From the NCBI GenBank assembly GCA_047967505.1, contig CM106538.1: DNA of 64,000 nucleotides; one strand, given 5' to 3'. Shown here piece by piece: positions 58,511-64,000 of the stretch (position 1 is the stretch's first letter; every line of letters starts with the position of its first letter). The notes under the pieces are model-generated. The model worked only from the letters and a program-made list of their open reading frames with translations, had not been told where the DNA came from and searched no databases. The position numbers and the translations under genes are program-made. The stretch comes from Dipteris shenzhenensis. Lineage: Eukaryota.

Positions 58511-61500
58511 AATGATTCTCACTCTCATTCCCTTCTCAAGTCTCCTCCATAAACTTCTCAGCTTTCCAGCTTATTTGGGGAGCAAGGACTCAAAGGTGCT
58601 TTAAGAGACCAAGCAAGTCACTCCAATCACCACACAGCACCCATTCCATCTACCCTGAGATGATGTCCTGCAACCTCGCATATTTGGGTTGATAGGTGTA
58701 TCCTTTGATGGGAGAGGAGCAAGAACTCCACCTGCAGCCACCCTAGTTAATGTATGGCTGGACCTTGTTTACACCCTGCACACAATTTGGGAGTAGGGTA
58801 ACAAAGGCATGAATCCATTGGTTTTATAGCCTACCACTCTTGCAACTGGTGCCTACTCTAGGGTTTGTCATCGAGTTGAGCCACAAGCGACCAATCTCTC
58901 CTTATCAATGCCCTCCTCCTAGATAGTTGATTCTTGTTCAAAGCAGAATATTAGGGGTTCTCTTTCCTAGGAAAGAAAAAGGAAGATCATCGGTAACGAT
59001 TGCATATACAAATCTATTGAGGCCTCCATAACAAGTAGCCACAAAGATATGGTTCACAAAAAGAAGGCATTGACTTCTCTTGCTAATCTCTTTAGGTAGG
59101 AACTTTATCAAAAGGTTGTCACAGTTGCTTGTCTACATGGATACTCAATCATTGGTCAACGATCCCCTCATTGGTAAGAGCTATTGTTTAAATATATTGT
59201 AGCCGTGGATGGTTCAACATCAATAATGCTAGTGAGCCTCACATGTGGACTCATATGCCGTTACAGTATCACAAGCTTCTCATAAAGGCTGCCCATATGT
59301 GATCCATGTCTCCAATTCTTGTGTCTTAACATGTTGAATGTCATACCATACCCGTCTACTAGGTCATTCTTGTCTAACTTGTCCTACAAAATTGTCCTCA
59401 ATGTCCTTTAGTCTTTAGAAGTCTTAAGAGCTTTACAATTCTACCAGCCTTAGAAGGCTTATTGCTCATTCCGAATGTTACCTGCCTTAACAAATATTAC
59501 TGACCTTCGTTAATCTTTAGTGATCCTCACGGTCTTTGGTAATCTTATGATCCTCAATTCTACTTCAGAGTCTTCCACCAACAATACATCATATTATGTC
59601 ATAAGCCTTAATGTAAACATGGAAGAAGAAATGTGACATGAGAACATAGGGTGGGGCAAGACATCTAGCATCTTTAGGAAGTCATGGGCATCAAGCAATA
59701 CCTTTATAATCTTATTTAGTTATGGGGAAAAACTTGTCCAGACATTGTCCTTTCATTTAAGTCCCACCAAAATGTCTTCCCACTAGATGCATGTCGCTGG
59801 AGTCAACTTGTTGGGACATATACAAATAAGGCATTGAAAGTAGTAGCCTGTAATAAACAAACCTTGGGGCAATGGGAAGGTATTCACAATGTTAGCTTCC
59901 TTGATATCCATTCTTATCATTGGTCATGATGTTTTTGCATATGCTCCCAAGAACATGCATGCCTGTTGTCCACGAAGCTCTCCAACATGAGGCTTAGCAC
60001 TTTTCTTCAGGGGGAAGCTGGCTTACACTATGACAAAGGAGGGCAAAGTTTGTTATATGCAACTCACACAATCTCATGCCAATGAAACAATTGCGACAAT
60101 AAAGTTTCATTATTTAGCATGATGACTCTACGAAAAATACTTAGCGATTGTGTACACTTACTTCCTCCTTGGATTAAACCTAGCCGATTGGCATTTGACT
60201 TCACATCTTTCTAACCATTCTTCAACCTACATAAAACATCATTACCCAAGCATGGGATGGACTCAAACACTACAAGGATCTTGAAGCTTAACTTTGTAAA
60301 ATGTAAAGTTGTATTACCCTCATCGTCCAATTTATCCCTCTTACCAATGTCATCACAATTAAGGAAGGCATTAGTGGGACTATGTGGCACGGACCACAAA
60401 TCTTGACGCTCAAAATAAGCATTCCGATTAAAGAATATCAACATGAAAACAGTGTTGGCCAATCTCGTTAGCACAAATGTAGGAATAAACATCAGTGGCC
60501 CGCTTGAGAGCAAGAAAAAAAAATATAACTGCCTCCAAGTATATTGCAAAGATAAAGCAAACAGTTTCATTCCATGGAAAGAATTCTGCATTTCAAAAGC
60601 TCGGTAACCACACATCAATGCAAACATTAAACATCACTATGAAAAAGCTTGTGCCAAAAATTCAAAGGACATGGAGCATGCCTACAAATTGCAGCTTTGT
60701 AGGAAACAGTATTACTTACATCGTCCATCTTAATCTTTATTCAGCAAATTTGGGAGATGAATGCAATCAACATGGCCAAACATTAGGTGAGTATAAGACA
60801 CAGTAGAGACTTGACTGTGATGCTAGCTTTAATGACAAAGTTTCCAATACTGCATTTGATCTAGAGCTGTCATGTCTACTCAAACACTATGCAGCAGAAA
60901 GTCTTTCAGGCTGTACAGCAATAACTACAAAAATTGAAAGCAGCCACCTAGAAGCTTGTTGAACAAGTAATCAAATATCTGACAAGCATTCAATGTAATG
61001 TACTGTCTAGTCCCTCTCGCATGCAGGTTTTCCTTGCAATGAAAACTAAATTTACGTTATAAGTGTTACTTTCCTGCACTCTCTATTACGCTTAATGCTA
61101 TTGTGAAGCATGTAAGATGGAAAGCTTTTCTTGGTCTGTATCATCTTACCTTGATGAGTGCAACAGCTTGAAACAAGTAGATCAGCTTCTCTTTCTTGAT
61201 GGGTGTCTGCACACAGGACGGATTTCAATATATATGTAGAAAGACAGTATTCCTAATTGTATGTAAAAAGTGAAGTCAGGAAGCTCGAAAGACCTCTTGT
61301 AGAGAATACACACCCAACTTTATCAGGCTAAAGCTCTAAACTCAGCTATTCTGAAAATTTAGGTGATCATATATGACATAACACCCATAAAATATATAAA
61401 GCACTAAACAGGTAATTATCCTCCCCCCCGCCAAAAAAAAAGCTAGTAAAAGAACGATGCTGATCATTTCCCATTTAAAAATCAATAAATCATGACGTAA

Positions 61501-63633
61501 TAACAAAACTAAATATCTGCAGTGCTGCACAAGAAAAACGAGCGAAAATGAAAACAAAGTGCAAGTATTCATGGCTTAAAACATCCAAAGGTCTCTAGCG
61601 GAAAGGGGTAAGATGGTACAAAAGCTTTCAATGGGAACAATAGTTTTATTATCTGTGGAAGCTTACCAGTCTAAACAGGTCAGGTTAGTAGTCATATTCA
61701 CATGGCTGAATCTATCTTTCCTTGTTGTCATAAGAGATAAGGCTCCTCAGTCCACTCCCCAGCAATCATATTTAGAGTGGTTTGCACATTGAGATTTTTA
61801 GAAAACAGAGACGGAGGTTGCTTGCTGTAGCCAACACTCCCACAGCGGAAGATTGTGTATAGAAATGTAGCCCAAGAAACTCACTCCTTCCTTTGTGCGG
61901 ACAGATGCAGATTGAGAAAGATACAGACACAGATAATGCACCATGCACATTGGAGTAGAAACAGTAAACATGTATTGATCCAAAGATGGAAAAAACCTCA
62001 TACAAAAGGTGTGCTTAGAGTGCCACAATCTAGCAGATAGGGAGTGGCCAAGATGTTGACCCTTGGCACCTCAGAACTGTCGCCCACCTCCTCTTGGGCC
62101 TTGGTACCTAATTCAAGAGACAGAATAGGAGAAGGAAGGTCATGTACTCTATGAGTGTAAGAATAGAATCCATGTTGCTGCTGAGAAGAATGAGAAGACC
62201 GAGGAATGAATAATAGCTGGAGCCTGGAAATGGTTAACCATAGTTGAAAACAAAGCCATCATCCAAGAAAGGAGGTGATAATCTAAGATAGTTCAAGAAG
62301 AACCGATAAGCCCATACAAGAAGAACTTATAAAATAGCCTAGAAAATGTATAGAGCAATGAAGATCCAAGAATCCTAAGGAAAGCAAGGAACACGGTCGA
62401 AACAAATATTGAAGGAGGTTCACAATGAACCAATGGATCACATCAAAGACTAAGAATGATGAAAAGAATTAATGGTTATGCCCATTATTCTAACAAGAAC
62501 ACAAAGAATTCCAAGGCTTTGTAAATCAAAAATCATAACCTAAGACACATCCTAGCTTGTATTGGTGTCGATTGAAGAATGAGAGAGACAGTGTGATTTC
62601 CACTCATTTTTGCAAAATCAACACCCAGGTATCAATTTTCCAAAACATGATCACAACACTTCTGCAAATGAGTCATATGAATTTTGTAGCTTACACCTAT
62701 ATGGATTACACTGATGTGTCCATTTGGTTGTATGTATTATTTTTTTCCTAGCAAAATGCAAAAGACATAAGTTCAAGTGTTACTTGGGGTAAAATAATGT
62801 TCCTGAGGCCATTTAGACTCATGTCCTTGAGTAAAAAATAAAAAATCATCTCCTCTCCTTTTTTCACAAGAAAATGAACTTTTAAGTAATCCAAAATGAA
62901 TTAAAATAGAGAGAAAATCTTCTCAGAACCCACAAATATTTGTGATGATAAACTATGAAATTGAGATAAAATCTTCTCAAAACCCTCAAATATTTGTGAT
63001 GGTAAACTACTAAACCTGATGATACAACATTGTGTTGTGTGGATAGGGCATCGTGGCACTACATGTGATTGCAGTGTTGCGAGTCCAACAATCAAGGAAG
63101 CAACCAGTTGCAGATGTTACAAGTAGTTCTCATTCGGTTTCAAGCATAGGCCATGGATGTTGTTGGTGACAGCATCGAACAAGGGCTTCCCCTTAGACAC
63201 AAGTGGTGAAAAAATAAGGCAAGCATGAGAAAAATATTTTTGAAAGCCCACAAGGCACAGATTCTTTTTTGGGTACTTTCACAGTGCACATTCACCACCA
63301 TTGCTCCACATTGAGTTCTTGCTCATTTTGCCATTGCCCTGGAGTATGCCCACCACCACTGCTCCACATCAACTTCACAATTTTTTAGCATGAGGGCACC
63401 TTCCCGAACTATTCATCTAAGGAATAAGTACTCTTCTTCCCTTTGGAATTTGATTCACCTTCTTAATGCAAAATTTGACTCACAAAGTGTGCACCTTGCC
63501 ACTCTAATTTAATCAAAAGCCACATTCATCAAGTCTTTGCTGGAGACACCTTATCTCAAAGTTGCAAAAAGACATGTGCCAAGGATTTATCAAAGTTGAA
63601 GTTGTTATTCTCCTGATGTAATCCAGCACAATA

Positions 63634-64000
63634 TTTTTTTTGCCAAAAAACAGTGCTGATTATATTACTTCGAAAAAACAAGATACATGGGGTCAGTTTT
63701 GCAGCTGACAGGGCTGCGTTCACAAATCGGACGCAGCCCTAAGAGGAAACAAAAAGCTCTCTCTCACGGAGGGATCAGGCGGGTGTGAATAAACAGCCAA
63801 AGAGGCGGCGAGTAGCGCCATTGAAGGCCCTGAGAAGTATGCTCGAAGAAGAGGCCCTGCGTATCCCAATCTCGGAGGAAACGTCTCCGCTTCTCCTGGC
63901 CAGCCCGGGAATCCCCTTGGATCCGGTCCCACTAGCCTCTGAGCGTGTGGATAATCTCGCTCCAGATGTCGGCCATGACCTGGGCAGTCAAAAGAGAGGT
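63634..64000 (-). mobile_element. 3' end of a second copy of the 48650-54870 L1 family; continues off the window
   Basis: Reverse complement closely matches 54500-54870, including the 3' UTR and poly(A). Confidence 0.95.

Noticed and set aside
58900-60620. Copia RNase H/gag remnant on the minus strand
   Set aside because: Only faint motif echoes; too decayed to support a call.

Overview
Eukaryotic, land-plant-type (possibly fern; inference from TE families and composition) transposon-dense window with no intact host gene. It holds one structurally complete Ty1/Copia (30316-36250, minus; near-identical LTRs, TGGGT TSD, tRNA-iMet PBS) and a decayed sister copy (7730-14280) carrying nested LINEs. 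It also holds one full-length, TSD-flanked L1-clade LINE (48650-54870) plus several partial L1s, many RTE-like LINE 3' fragments ending in microsatellite tails, a Gypsy remnant, and a decayed Penelope-like RT (26665-28361). Two host-gene fragments (ERD4/OSCA-type channel and plant TolB-like propeller protein) are fused tail-to-tail. The most interesting signal is a retroelement community organised around microsatellites: RTE-like LINEs share a covarying 3' stem-loop and stack head-to-tail in (TC)n runs, an L1 family repeatedly abuts (GT)n, and the Chlamys/Naiad-like PLE sits between two microsatellites. Also notable are an unannotated domain conserved at the end of L1 ORF1 (possibly Nudix-like) and a kissing-hairpin RNA candidate carrying hammerhead core words. 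All calls are by eye, and boundaries of decayed elements are approximate.
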